A stretch of DNA of 64,000 nucleotides from Savitreella phatthalungensis (lineage: Eukaryota): NCBI GenBank assembly GCA_051599415.1, contig AP039689.1:558001-622000 (forward strand), given 5' to 3'. The notes below the pieces were generated by a model, which saw nothing but the letters and a program-made list of their open reading frames with translations, was not told where the DNA came from and made no database searches. Shown here piece after piece: positions 1-9,874 of this stretch. The position numbers and the translations under genes were made by a program. Every line of letters begins with the position of its first letter. Within the stretch, counting starts at the first letter, position 1.

Positions 1-326
1 ATTTGAGGCTTGTTCAGGCAAATCGAGTCAAAGTCGGATGGCTGTGCAGTACTGCAGCCCCTGCCTCCAGTCTTTTCAGCGTGAGCGTATCGAGTGCAAA
101 ACAGCTGTATTCTCGAGCAAATTGTCGTCCTCTTGGCACAACAATAGAGCGAGCCCCTTCCTTACGGCTCGACAAGCATCTTCTTTTGGGAGCACGCTGC
201 GCGCAGGGCTTCATTGCAGACGGTTGGTGCAGCCATTGATTCTTCTTCGGCTAAATCTTCTCCAATTTCGTCCTGCGCCTGTCCCTTCTTTTCGCGCTCC
301 ATTTCCTGGCCTTTAGTCGTTCCGCT

Positions 327-1886
327 ATGTCCTTGAAGCAGCAACCGGCTTCATCTTCGGCGCAGCCAAGCACAGTGATACCAGCACCGCAGCAGCAGCT
401 GCAGACAGCACAGCTTTCAATTCCGTCTGTCAGTGGTGAGCAGTTCGATCAGCAAAAGCTTCCTGCAAGCGAGGCTATCCAAACGGGGATGTTTGTTGGA
501 CCTGATGGCCTCTCGCACGATTCTGGTGGTGCTGCTGAGCAGGAGTATCACAACGAGCCGGTCATGACTGATCAGCAGCGCCCTGCTGCTACACTCGAGA
601 AGACGACACTCTGGATGGGCGAGCTTGAGCCGTGGATAGACGAGGGCTTTGTCCGGCAAGTCTGGTTCAATCTAGGTGAGCAGGTGAATGTCAAAATGAT
701 TCGTGACAAATACACCGGGAATGCTGGCTACTGCTTCGTTGATTTCTCCAGTCAGGCCGCCGCGCAAAAGGCAATTACATACAACGGCACGCTGATACCA
801 AATTCCAACAGAACCTTCAAGCTCAATTGGGCAAGCGGGGGCGGCCTGGCTGACCGTGTCAATCGTGAAGATCGTGGTCCGGAGCACTCGATTTTCGTCG
901 GTGATCTAGCGCACGATATAACTGAGTATCATTTGGTCTCCCTCTTCCGCCAGCGGTATGAATCATGTAAAGCCGCAAAAATCATGACCGACCCACTATC
1001 CGGCCTTTCGCGCGGCTACGGATTCGTGCGATTTGCCGATGAAGTGGATCAACAACGCGCCCTAACTGAGATGCAGGGCGTGTATTGTGGAAATCGACCC
1101 ATGCGCATTTCGACTGCGACGCCGAAGAACAAGTCTGGTAGTGGGCCTATCCTCCCCGTGGCGCAGCCGCTGATGAATGGTGGTTTGGGCGGGATGCAGC
1201 ATGCTGCAGCTCAGTCTGGACAGAGCGGACTTGCTATGATGCATATGGGCTTGCAGCCCATGGGATTCTACGGATTGCCACAGCCAATGAATCAATTCAC
1301 CGATCCGAACAACACGACGGTCTTCGTCGGAGGCCTGTCGGGCTACGTATCCGAGGACGAGCTTCGCTCTTTCTTTCAAGGCTTTGGCGAGATCACTTAC
1401 GTGAAGATCCCTCCAGGAAAAGGCTGCGGCTTTGTCCAATTCGTGCAACGTCATGCGGCTGAAATGGCAATCAACCAAATGCAAGGATATCCCATCGGCA
1501 ACTCGCGTGTACGTTTGTCCTGGGGTCGGTCGCAGAACAATTCCGGACCAGCAGGCAGCCCATATCGACCGGCTCCCCCGCCGCCTGTATATGCATCTCT
1601 AAGCATACCGCCGCAGCACCAATACTCGCCATTCAGTCCAATGAATCCTCAGGCACCACATCATGCCCAAACTCCCTATCTAGGTGCTCCGCATGGATTA
1701 CCGGGACAATCGTCCGGGATTGGCAACGCTTCTGGTACGCACACCAATGTATCACCGCCTCAGCCAGACTCTTTGGAGCCAATCGCGCAGCATCAAATGA
1801 ATGAAATGTATGGCAGCGGCCGAGAGCAGATGGTCACTTCCATGGACAACGATTCTCGTCAATACGGGGGTATCTATGCAAATTAG
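327..1886 (+). CDS. NAM8: Three-RRM RNA-binding protein, Nam8/Ngr1/Csx1 family
   Basis: 519-aa intronless ORF with three RRMs (TLWMGEL..GYCFVDF; IFVGDL..RGYGFVRF; FTDPNNTTVFVGGL..GKGCGFVQF..VRLSWGR). Nam8 versus Ngr1 orthology cannot be resolved by eye. Confidence 0.88.
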   Translation: MSLKQQPASSSAQPSTVIPAPQQQLQTAQLSIPSVSGEQFDQQKLPASEAIQTGMFVGPDGLSHDSGGAAEQEYHNEPVMTDQQRPAATLEKTTLWMGELEPWIDEGFVRQVWFNLGEQVNVKMIRDKYTGNAGYCFVDFSSQAAAQKAITYNGTLIPNSNRTFKLNWASGGGLADRVNREDRGPEHSIFVGDLAHDITEYHLVSLFRQRYESCKAAKIMTDPLSGLSRGYGFVRFADEVDQQRALTEMQGVYCGNRPMRISTATPKNKSGSGPILPVAQPLMNGGLGGMQHAAAQSGQSGLAMMHMGLQPMGFYGLPQPMNQFTDPNNTTVFVGGLSGYVSEDELRSFFQGFGEITYVKIPPGKGCGFVQFVQRHAAEMAINQMQGYPIGNSRVRLSWGRSQNNSGPAGSPYRPAPPPPVYASLSIPPQHQYSPFSPMNPQAPHHAQTPYLGAPHGLPGQSSGIGNASGTHTNVSPPQPDSLEPIAQHQMNEMYGSGREQMVTSMDNDSRQYGGIYAN

Positions 1887-3061
1887 AGTATCAAATGAGC
1901 AGCTAAGCTGCACGATCCCTAAGTCGGGTCAAGTTTGGTCACGAAAAGTCGGCCTGTGATTATTCGGAAATCAGGCATAGAGAATCGCGATAGTTTTGTA
2001 GGCAAGACGATCGGTCTCCTGACCGCAATTGCCGCTCGGCCGTCACTAGTCAAAAACCGTTCGAACACAAACGTGTAAATGCTCGACAAGATTCTTCGGA
2101 TGTGCGTAAGCGCATTAATAAGCAATTGCTCGATCGTGAGCACGATAGCTGCCTAACAGATTGCCGGGCAGCGCGCATTCGTCACTGCTGTGACAGGTAA
2201 TGCTCGTCGGTTTTAAGCCAGCGAAAGTAGAAAGCAGACCTGGTCGCGCGTCAAAGTTTTTTCTGCGGTGAAGCTTGTCCTATGGTTTGAATGCGACAGA
2301 CTCGACGATGCGTCGTGGTAGCCTTTGCCATGTGGACGCTGTCTCGTTCAGATCTTTGCACGATTTGCCCAGCATTACAGCATACATTTGCACTTTTCTT
2401 CTCGTCAGTCTGAATCCGGCATACTGCCATCGCGAACCTCTGTGCTTCGGCTTATCACCACTGATGTGTCCAGTTGAGCCAGACCTGTGCAACATAGACT
2501 TGGTAGACAATTAAGCAGATTGACTGTGCTTCTTAGGATGTGGATTGTGTAAATCTCTCTGACTGGCTGCGATTTCTGTGCACTTAAACGGGGAGGATTT
2601 GGTCCAGGACGCCACATCAATCGTGCCATTGCTGCCTGACCCGTCTCTGTTTGCATCCGGCACGTCTGCAGGCTCCCAAATCGTCCCAATCCCGCATCAG
2701 CCTCACAAGTGAGGTATCAGACACGGAGCAATACAGATGTCGATGTCTTGTGCCCTTAAAATCTCCGTAACGCTGCTGCGGATGAGGTCTACGCTGCTTC
2801 TTGCGCGATTGCCGTATCTCCATAGCCTATGCACACAATGAGCGAATCGATGCAACGACGAGCACTTTTGCATCGATAACTTGAGACAAATTCGCTAGCA
2901 CAGTCGAATCGGCACCCAGCTGCAGCGTCTGCAACCTTTGCTATGGGGTCAAGATATCGCGGAAGTGACCATTGCTCTGTCTTTTCCAATTTCCAGTGAT
3001 TTGCAGCGTCGTCAACAACTTGCATGCCGCGCGATAGCAGTGCGAAGACTCGGAATCCCGC

Positions 3062-4541
3062 TCATTCAGCCGGGAATAACAACAGAAAGCTGGCATGCCA
3101 TTCAAAGCCATCGAGTGGATAGAGCTGATTGCCAGAAATCTGCGTATGCTCCAGGAGGTCACGCTCGAGAGCGTCAAATTCTTTGGATGGGATTTCCAAA
3201 GATTCAGCCCCATCGAGCAAAGTCCAGTCCGGGTGGCCATCTGAGCATTCCCTAGCCCTTTGCGCACCAGCATGTCGATAAAGCACCTTGCACGCCGACC
3301 TGCCCGTATGCGCAAAGTCACAGCAATCGTTGGTGCCATAGCTCAATTGAACGTCTGTATTCATGACCCATACTAGTAGCGGCACCCTTTTCACCATATC
3401 ATCGGTCGCTTCTATCAGAAAGCGACGAGTGGAGTGGGCTTCAAGCTTTGCTAGAATATCATGTGTCAAGTAAGTGATGGAAAGCTCTTGTGCTTGTAAG
3501 ATGCTTCGCGGTAAGTGTTTGGAGTGATCGAGAGAGACCTTCTGGAGGCGCACGACTCCTGCATCCACACTACCGACAATTGCTCCACAATCGCATAAGA
3601 CCAGCGCGGCATCGACCTGTGTTGTGTCAGCTCTTAGCTCTTAGCTCGATTGCAGCGGCGGGTGTATAATAGATGGACACGGGACAACGCCACCCATAGG
3701 ACCGGAGGGACAGAGCATCGGAGAGTGTGTCAGGAATCTGTCAACGAGCCCTGCCGACGTGACTCGTCGTCGTGACCCCTGTGAATTCTGGCACCTTGGG
3801 CGTCCGTTGCCGTGACGCCGTCCACACGTTGCATCGCATGTCCGCGCATGATCAATAGTCGGCGCAGAGAATGGGCGCTCTTACCACAACGTTCAGCATT
3901 GAGCTCAATCGGACGAGAAGGTACGAGAATCCCGCCAAACCTACACCATTTGCCGGACTGATTCTCGAGACGGCTGACACGAGCTCACTCGGCAGCACAT
4001 GTTGCTCGTGCAGTTCATTCCGGATCACATCAGTAGGCAGAACGCCCCTGTCCGCAAACCTTTGATTGCCGTCTCGCGGCGCCTTCTCAGATGTGCGCAG
4101 ACCGCGATGGCAGTGCCAGCTGTCCATCATCTCTGCCCAGTGTTCACTCGGGAGGGCCCGCCAAGTGAGTTCAGCATCATGAGTGATGAGATGGCGTTGG
4201 CAGAGGCGGCATGACAGATCAGAGCTCTGCAACTGAGTCGCGGTTCCGAACGGAATCGAGTCGTTGCCGCGCACCCTTCGGATGACCACGGGCGCCGCTT
4301 TGAATCTCAAACGCACGTATTTTTTGTCCTCGCCCACAATGGGTTCGAGCTCCTGATGCAATAATTCTTCGTCAGCGGAACATGGTAGAGCGACAACGAA
4401 GGATTGGAAACCATGGCGCACGCACAAATGTCGCCGATCGAATAAGCGAATCTTCGTCAGATAGTCCCAGGGACTCGCAAGCCAAAGGTCGACCGAGGCG
4501 ACTCGAATAGCTTCGAGATATTCACAATAAAAGCGTAGCAT
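3062..4541 (-). CDS. IPA1: HECT-like E3 ligase / E2-binding protein, Ipa1/UBE3D family; 2 exons (4541-3885, 3616-3062), 403 aa
   Basis: The CRLC..WRALPSEHWAEMMDSWHCH motif is typical of the family. A phase-0 intron at 3884-3617 (GTAAGA...GCTGAC...ACAG) joins track ORFs 3852..4691 and 3062..3568 in frame and restores LCDCGAIVG and the C-terminal KVLY..LYP motifs. Confidence 0.85.
3673..3825 (-). ncRNA. Putative structured intronic RNA element in the IPA1/UBE3D intron (family unassigned)
   Basis: Hand-folded on the minus strand: closing helix GUGGAC/GUCCAU, hairpin GGCGUC-a-CG-GCAA-CG-GACGCC, helices GGUGCCA/UGGCGUU, CAGGGGUC/GAUUCCUG and CGACGAGUC/GGCUCGUUG. The G-U pairs favour the minus strand. 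Confidence 0.55.
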
Positions 4542-4773
4542 TCTGACGGGGCGTTGTATGGTGCTTTGCCGCCGGGCATTCTGAATCGAAGAGAGTTGTT
4601 TGCCACGCGTGCGACAGGATAGCACGATAGGGGAAACAGAGCAAAGTAAATTCGCGCAGTCCGCCCGCTGCAATATGTGAAGGACGTGCACAAATTTACG
4701 TACCTATCTACTGTCTTGTATTAGCTCGTTTGGAGCAGTATATTCAGAACAATGATTCTGAAAATTACACGCA

Positions 4774-4797
4774 TACGTACGTACGTACGTACGTACG
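4774..4797. repeat. (TACG)6 self-complementary microsatellite in the divergent IPA1/coilin-like intergenic region
   Basis: Direct reading: tacgtacgtacgtacgtacgtacg. Confidence 0.95.
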
Positions 4798-5315
4798 TTC
4801 GTGCTGAACCTCGATACTGAAATCACCTCGATATTAGGTATGCCTAAGGCGACAGCGTACTGAAAAGCATAGAGGTTCCGCTTCTCCTGAGGACGCAACA
4901 TAATTAGCCTCAAGGAGTGGTTTCTCCCGTCACTGCAGGCCGGAAGTGGAGATCTTGCGGGACCGGTCGCGAGGGACAGATCTTTTCAGAAGTGCCTTGC
5001 AGCGAAACACGGCAAGGTGAGCCGTAAGTTGCGTCTGCAGCAAAATTTGGTCAGACTGTTCGGCAACTCGGTCTGGGGTCGTGCTCCGGCCGGTTGTGTC
5101 AACATAATTGTTTATTTATCCGATCTAGAGGACTCGATTGTCAATGGACTAAAACTGCGGCATTGCAGACTGTGTCTGAAGATATAGATCAACGACTTTG
5201 CCAGAGAAAGGCCAGCCGCAGTTTTGCTTCGCAAAGATCACTGAAATAGCACAAATTTCGTGCGTTCTTCGTGTCCTTGCCAACCTTCACGCAAGCCATT
5301 ACACAGGAGCGCTCG

Positions 5316-6809
5316 ATGCAACGTCAAACAGATATTCAGCCGGTCAAGCGCAAACGCCGTGGTCCCGTAAGAGGCGCTTCGCTAGACACCAGCTCAGAGA
5401 GCCTTCCAGGGCAATTCCAGGGCGAGCGCGCTATTTCGCGATCGTCGCTCATGCAGCTGGTCATGCAAAAAAACTGGGGACCTTCGAGGAGAGCCGGACA
5501 ATTCTCAAATGCGGAGCATGCCCACATAACGAAGGAATGGCGTGCAGGGCTAGACCTTGGCGACCACCACGCAGAGGAAGGTGGTTGTCTCGCGCTCCAA
5601 ATGACTCAGCAGAATCAATCTCGAAATGGAATAGCGCAAGGCTCATCGTCGACAATCAGAAGAAAGCTGCGTCGCCGTAAGCAGCGCCAATTGCGCCTCC
5701 TTGTTGCACATGGCGATTTATCGTCTGATGCAAATTTCGCTGATCTGAAGAACTTCCAAGATTCTGATAGAGACGCATCGCAGGGGAAGCGAGCAATAGA
5801 TTCTCTGACCATTGCATCAGAACCAGCAGCCGTTCCCGAGCCCGCTGCTCCAGTGGTATCACAGGGCGCCGAGATCAGGCAAGCGCCAGCTCTGCATCAT
5901 GACCTGCAACATCGTGGCGCTTCGCAGCCGTCATCTGGCTGCAAAATGCGTGACGGTACACGCGCGTCTGGGATTCGATTCCTCAGATCGATCGAATTGT
6001 CAGTGATGGACAACATCAATTTCCCAGCTGAAGCAATCGAGGTCAAGCGGCATAGATACGCGTACTCGTGCACGCCTGAGGCTGACTGGGAAGCACGAAT
6101 CGTCGTACGCGAGGTCGAGTGCGAAAGTGCGATGCCTGAGTCCGTTGTGACCACGCTTCTAGCCATGAAAGCGGCAATCGCGCGAAGCAGTTCTCGACAA
6201 AGCAAATCTCGGTGGCTGCAAGTTGAGCAGGCGCAGACTAAATCCCGACAAGCAGAACCGGAGAGCAGCTCACGGGCTCAATCATGTTCATACCGCGAGT
6301 TGGACGACCGAGCTCACTCCGCTTTGATAACTGTTGGAGATGATTTTGCAGAGGTCGCGATTCCAGGTGTGCCGCTAGCGATTGCCGATCTTCCACGCCT
6401 TCTGCCAAGGCATTTTCGAGCGCACGGATCATCTGATTCAGCAGATGAGACCATCAGTCAGCGACGAATTATCGACACAGGCACCTGCCTCGCATTCCGT
6501 CATATGTATGTGACAAATTACCGTCCTGAACTAACCGCATGGCGAACCGGCGTCGTCATCGAGAGGATTGATAACAGCGCGCTTTCGCATTTCGATGCTA
6601 CTGGCTGCATTGGTCAGCCTATTGCATATTGCCTCAAAATTCGGTTGCACCCCGACAGCATCCTGCAATCCGAGTATGACGAATGCGGTGAGCGCTTGCC
6701 GCGTGAGCACGATGCATATGATATCAACGGCAATTATGACGAAAGGGTCATGGTCATTGATGCTGGAGACTTGGCAGAGGTCGTGGTGCTCTCGGCCGAC
6801 AATGCCTGA
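5316..6809 (+). CDS. Coilin-like protein (C-terminal Tudor-like coilin domain); start uncertain
   Basis: Long ORF with basic NLS-like tracts (VKRKRR, RRKLRRRKQR). The C-terminal GTCLAFRHMYVTNYRPELTAWRTGVVI resembles the coilin IAFK..L...Y.P..S.YK.G.I segment. First ATG is at 5316; an upstream exon is possible. Confidence 0.6.
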   Translation: MQRQTDIQPVKRKRRGPVRGASLDTSSESLPGQFQGERAISRSSLMQLVMQKNWGPSRRAGQFSNAEHAHITKEWRAGLDLGDHHAEEGGCLALQMTQQNQSRNGIAQGSSSTIRRKLRRRKQRQLRLLVAHGDLSSDANFADLKNFQDSDRDASQGKRAIDSLTIASEPAAVPEPAAPVVSQGAEIRQAPALHHDLQHRGASQPSSGCKMRDGTRASGIRFLRSIELSVMDNINFPAEAIEVKRHRYAYSCTPEADWEARIVVREVECESAMPESVVTTLLAMKAAIARSSSRQSKSRWLQVEQAQTKSRQAEPESSSRAQSCSYRELDDRAHSALITVGDDFAEVAIPGVPLAIADLPRLLPRHFRAHGSSDSADETISQRRIIDTGTCLAFRHMYVTNYRPELTAWRTGVVIERIDNSALSHFDATGCIGQPIAYCLKIRLHPDSILQSEYDECGERLPREHDAYDINGNYDERVMVIDAGDLAEVVVLSADNA

Positions 6810-6870
6810 TGAATCGGTCCAGGCCCTTGTGCAACCAGGTTCAACTGCATCATGCGATGTATGAGCGCTG

Positions 6871-8598
6871 TCATTCTTGTGCCGGAGACTTGCGAGCTGC
6901 TGTCATCTCAATATAAGCTTTGCCGCGAAGCTGCTTACCGTTCACGAAGCGAGCGAGGTTCTCGCCACGATAAGAAGCGAGAGGTGAAATCTCGACTCCG
7001 CAGGGATCGTCCGCGGTCTCAGTCCCATCGCCCACAGAAAAGCCGCCGGCATCCCGAACCCAACGTCGTCCTTGCGCGAGTAACATGTTCCGAGCACTGA
7101 CAGGCGAATCTGGTCCTTCCAAGTTCTTGAGAGGCGCAAATTCGTCTTCGCGAGCTACCTCGAGACATGCAAATTTGTCGAGCGAATTGACCAGCGGGAA
7201 AACATCGAAGATGAATTGTTCGTACTTTGTGCCGGTATTCTGGGTAGGTTTAGTCACTTGCTCGCCGGTACTGATGTCGAGATAGGGGATCTTTTTGCGC
7301 GCGATGTGATGAGGCAAGTCCGTATACCATTGCGGTATATTCTCGAGGAAGGAGATCGCAAAATAATGTTGGACGATATTCGCTGCACGGAGCTTGAGAA
7401 GCTTGTTTGTAGCACTCTTCGGAGACTCGTTACTCTTTTGGCGGCTATCAAGCTCTTCCGAAAGCCTCTTATCAATCTCCGAGTACTCCACCACATCCGG
7501 TTTTCCATCTCGTAAAACGACAAGGCCTACAGCTTCCTGAGGGTCTTCCTTACGCACCACCTTCGTGGCGATGTCCACCTTCCGCATTGCGGCGAATCCG
7601 AAGAACAGCGGATCAGCTACTTGTGCGAGACAATTGTCCACGCAATAAACCTGCACATGCTCGACTCCGCGCTGTCTGAGATCTTCCATAGCGCCCGATG
7701 TGATCAAAGCGCGAAAGATTCCCCCATTGCCATCAGGAGCCGTAGCGATGGTGTGCTTGTTCTCTAGCATGAGTCGATGGTGTGACGGCTGCTCGGGTTC
7801 AGTCCCGACGCGCTCGTTTGTCCTTGAATCATGCGCTGCCTTGCGCTCATCTTTTGTGTTATCGCTGAGACAGGGTAGAGTGCCTTGGTCAAAGAAAATG
7901 ACGTCGTCCCGCTTGAGGCCGAAGAACTGGTGGGACTCAAAGAAGGCTTCAGTGTCCTGGCGGGTTGGCTTACTTGTCATGATATACCACGGAATCCGGG
8001 AGCGACCGTTGACTGGATTCTTTGAGCTTTTTTGTGTAATGGTGTCATGCGAAGTTTCCTGATCCATTTTCTCGGCATTACTTGCGCTATCTGCAAGCTC
8101 TATGACTTTGCGTATACGCTCTGCCTGAAGCTGGAACAGTGATTTCCGGGATGGCAAGCCAATATCATAGCAGCCCTTTGGGGACGTGCTTCCGAGTCGT
8201 GTCCCCTGCCCACCAGCGAGGACTATCACAGCACAGCGACGCTCAGCAACAAGGTTCAAGCCTGTTTTGAGCCATGCTGCTCGATCAGAATCTGGAGCGT
8301 CCACGGTTGAAGCTACGAGAGTTTCTGGCAGTGGCTCAATTTTGCGAGACTCGTCCGCAGCAATGACCTCCCTGGCTCGAGACGCGATTTTAAGACAAGC
8401 TTCCGGGTCGATTCCGTCGAGTTGATTGAACAAAGCGGCTCTCTGAATATCTGTGATATCTTCCCAAAATGTGAACACATGCGACTGTTGGGCGCTGTCA
8501 TAACGCTTGCGCAAATCCGTCAATTGCTGATCAGTCGGCGGCGGACGCGTGTCGGTGTCCGCGGATCCAAGACCGAGGGCTCGCTTCATTGACTGCAT
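6871..8598 (-). CDS. UAP1: UDP-N-acetylglucosamine pyrophosphorylase
   Basis: Motifs LAGGQGTRLG..PKG, APDGNGG, YCVDN, VVEYSE, KYEQFIFDVF and EFAPLKN. Confidence 0.96.
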   Translation of the reverse strand: MQSMKRALGLGSADTDTRPPPTDQQLTDLRKRYDSAQQSHVFTFWEDITDIQRAALFNQLDGIDPEACLKIASRAREVIAADESRKIEPLPETLVASTVDAPDSDRAAWLKTGLNLVAERRCAVIVLAGGQGTRLGSTSPKGCYDIGLPSRKSLFQLQAERIRKVIELADSASNAEKMDQETSHDTITQKSSKNPVNGRSRIPWYIMTSKPTRQDTEAFFESHQFFGLKRDDVIFFDQGTLPCLSDNTKDERKAAHDSRTNERVGTEPEQPSHHRLMLENKHTIATAPDGNGGIFRALITSGAMEDLRQRGVEHVQVYCVDNCLAQVADPLFFGFAAMRKVDIATKVVRKEDPQEAVGLVVLRDGKPDVVEYSEIDKRLSEELDSRQKSNESPKSATNKLLKLRAANIVQHYFAISFLENIPQWYTDLPHHIARKKIPYLDISTGEQVTKPTQNTGTKYEQFIFDVFPLVNSLDKFACLEVAREDEFAPLKNLEGPDSPVSARNMLLAQGRRWVRDAGGFSVGDGTETADDPCGVEISPLASYRGENLARFVNGKQLRGKAYIEMTAARKSPAQE

Positions 8599-9874
8599 GC
8601 TCGGCGTCTTGTCTCTCGTGCAGCGTAATCGACTCTTGATGACCGGGCTTCCTGCTGCCTCTGCGCGTCATTCATGGATGAATCGCAATTTCCGTTGAAT
8701 AGACAACCAAAAATGATCAGTATATTGAATGAAATCGTGCCAAGCGTGCACTAAGGCCGATCCTTGCTCGGAAGTAGTCTCCGCATAACTTACTAGGCAT
8801 TTTTTATGTCCGGCTGCGGCGCTGTTGCGAAGCTGTGAATGTCCAGCTAGGGACGGCTGCTAGCCTCGTTGCTCTCCAGGAGATAAAATACAAAATTCTT
8901 AACCGAACCGGCCACAGATCTGGTATAAGCTAGTTTACGCAAATGACTCTTGCGTACTACGACTGCCTTTAAAAAGCGAGTTCAGGAAAAGATGCATGAT
9001 GTCAACGAGGCCCTACAAGCTTTGCAACACACTTTGCGCATCGTTCTACCGCTTTTGCTGCTTGACAGCGCTTTGACGGCGGTAAGCTCTTGACAATTTG
9101 GATGGTTCTAATCTTGTTGTTGAACCGAGTAATTGAGTGGATTTGATCAGCCTGTGCACTCATGGTGACAATAGAGAACATGCATTATGCCATGATACAC
9201 GTCGCAGCATTCGGAGATACGCTCACTTTCAAAATGAACAGGTCCTTGATGTATGCACGTCCCTACACGCACAATGATCTCAAATACGCTGGATTGTCGA
9301 TGAGATCAATTAAGTAAATGATGAATGTGGCGAGCTGTGTCAAATCGTCTGCATGCCCTAGAATGGCATGCGCAACGTGCATGTGTGCGATCAATGAAGA
9401 CAGCTACACGTTCGTAAAGGCAACGTCGAAACCTTGTTCTCACAAGGACTCCTCCTGTGGTCGCGCCACAGAGCCATCCTTTTGCAGACACCTTTGTTCC
9501 TTGAGGGGTCATAGAAAATGCCTCTCCAGGTGTTTGAAAATTTTCCGGTATGCAGCCACAAGGTTTCCTGTGGAGGCCTGTGGGACCCCCAGATCTCCGA
9601 AGTCTCCCATACACCGAGGTCTCCGGACTTTCAGAATTCTCATTTGGAGCTGGCGGTGCAATAGGAGCTCTTACACGATGTTATCTAATGTAAGCAGTCG
9701 TCGTAGTCACAGTACACGTAGCACTTCTCCAAGGCTATTGCACCTCATGCTTTACGTGGCTGACTGGAGAAGCGCACATACATATTTGATTATTTCGAGA
9801 CTGAATAGAATCACACCTGAAAACCGTCTGAGAAGCAATTGCACTGAGTCGCGAGGATTCGCGCTTCGTTCGAG

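Noticed and set aside
1919..2960. Short minus-strand ORFs between NAM8 and IPA1 as a multi-exon gene
   Set aside because: No consistent splice path or recognisable domain was found; a decayed gene cannot be excluded.
3673..3825. Identification of the IPA1 intronic RNA as U17/snR30, RNase P/MRP, a TPP riboswitch or an snRNA
   Set aside because: GAUUCCUG resembles U17 m1 but m2 (AAACCAU) is absent. There is no room for an RNase P S-domain or CR-II to CR-IV, no CUGAGA/AUACC TPP core, and no U1/U2/U4/U5/U6 signature.
4565..4607. PACE-like (Rpn4) sites GGCGGCAAA and CGTGGCAAA upstream of IPA1
   Set aside because: Both are imperfect and very close to the ATG, and I saw no exact PACE upstream of PRE6, where it would be expected.
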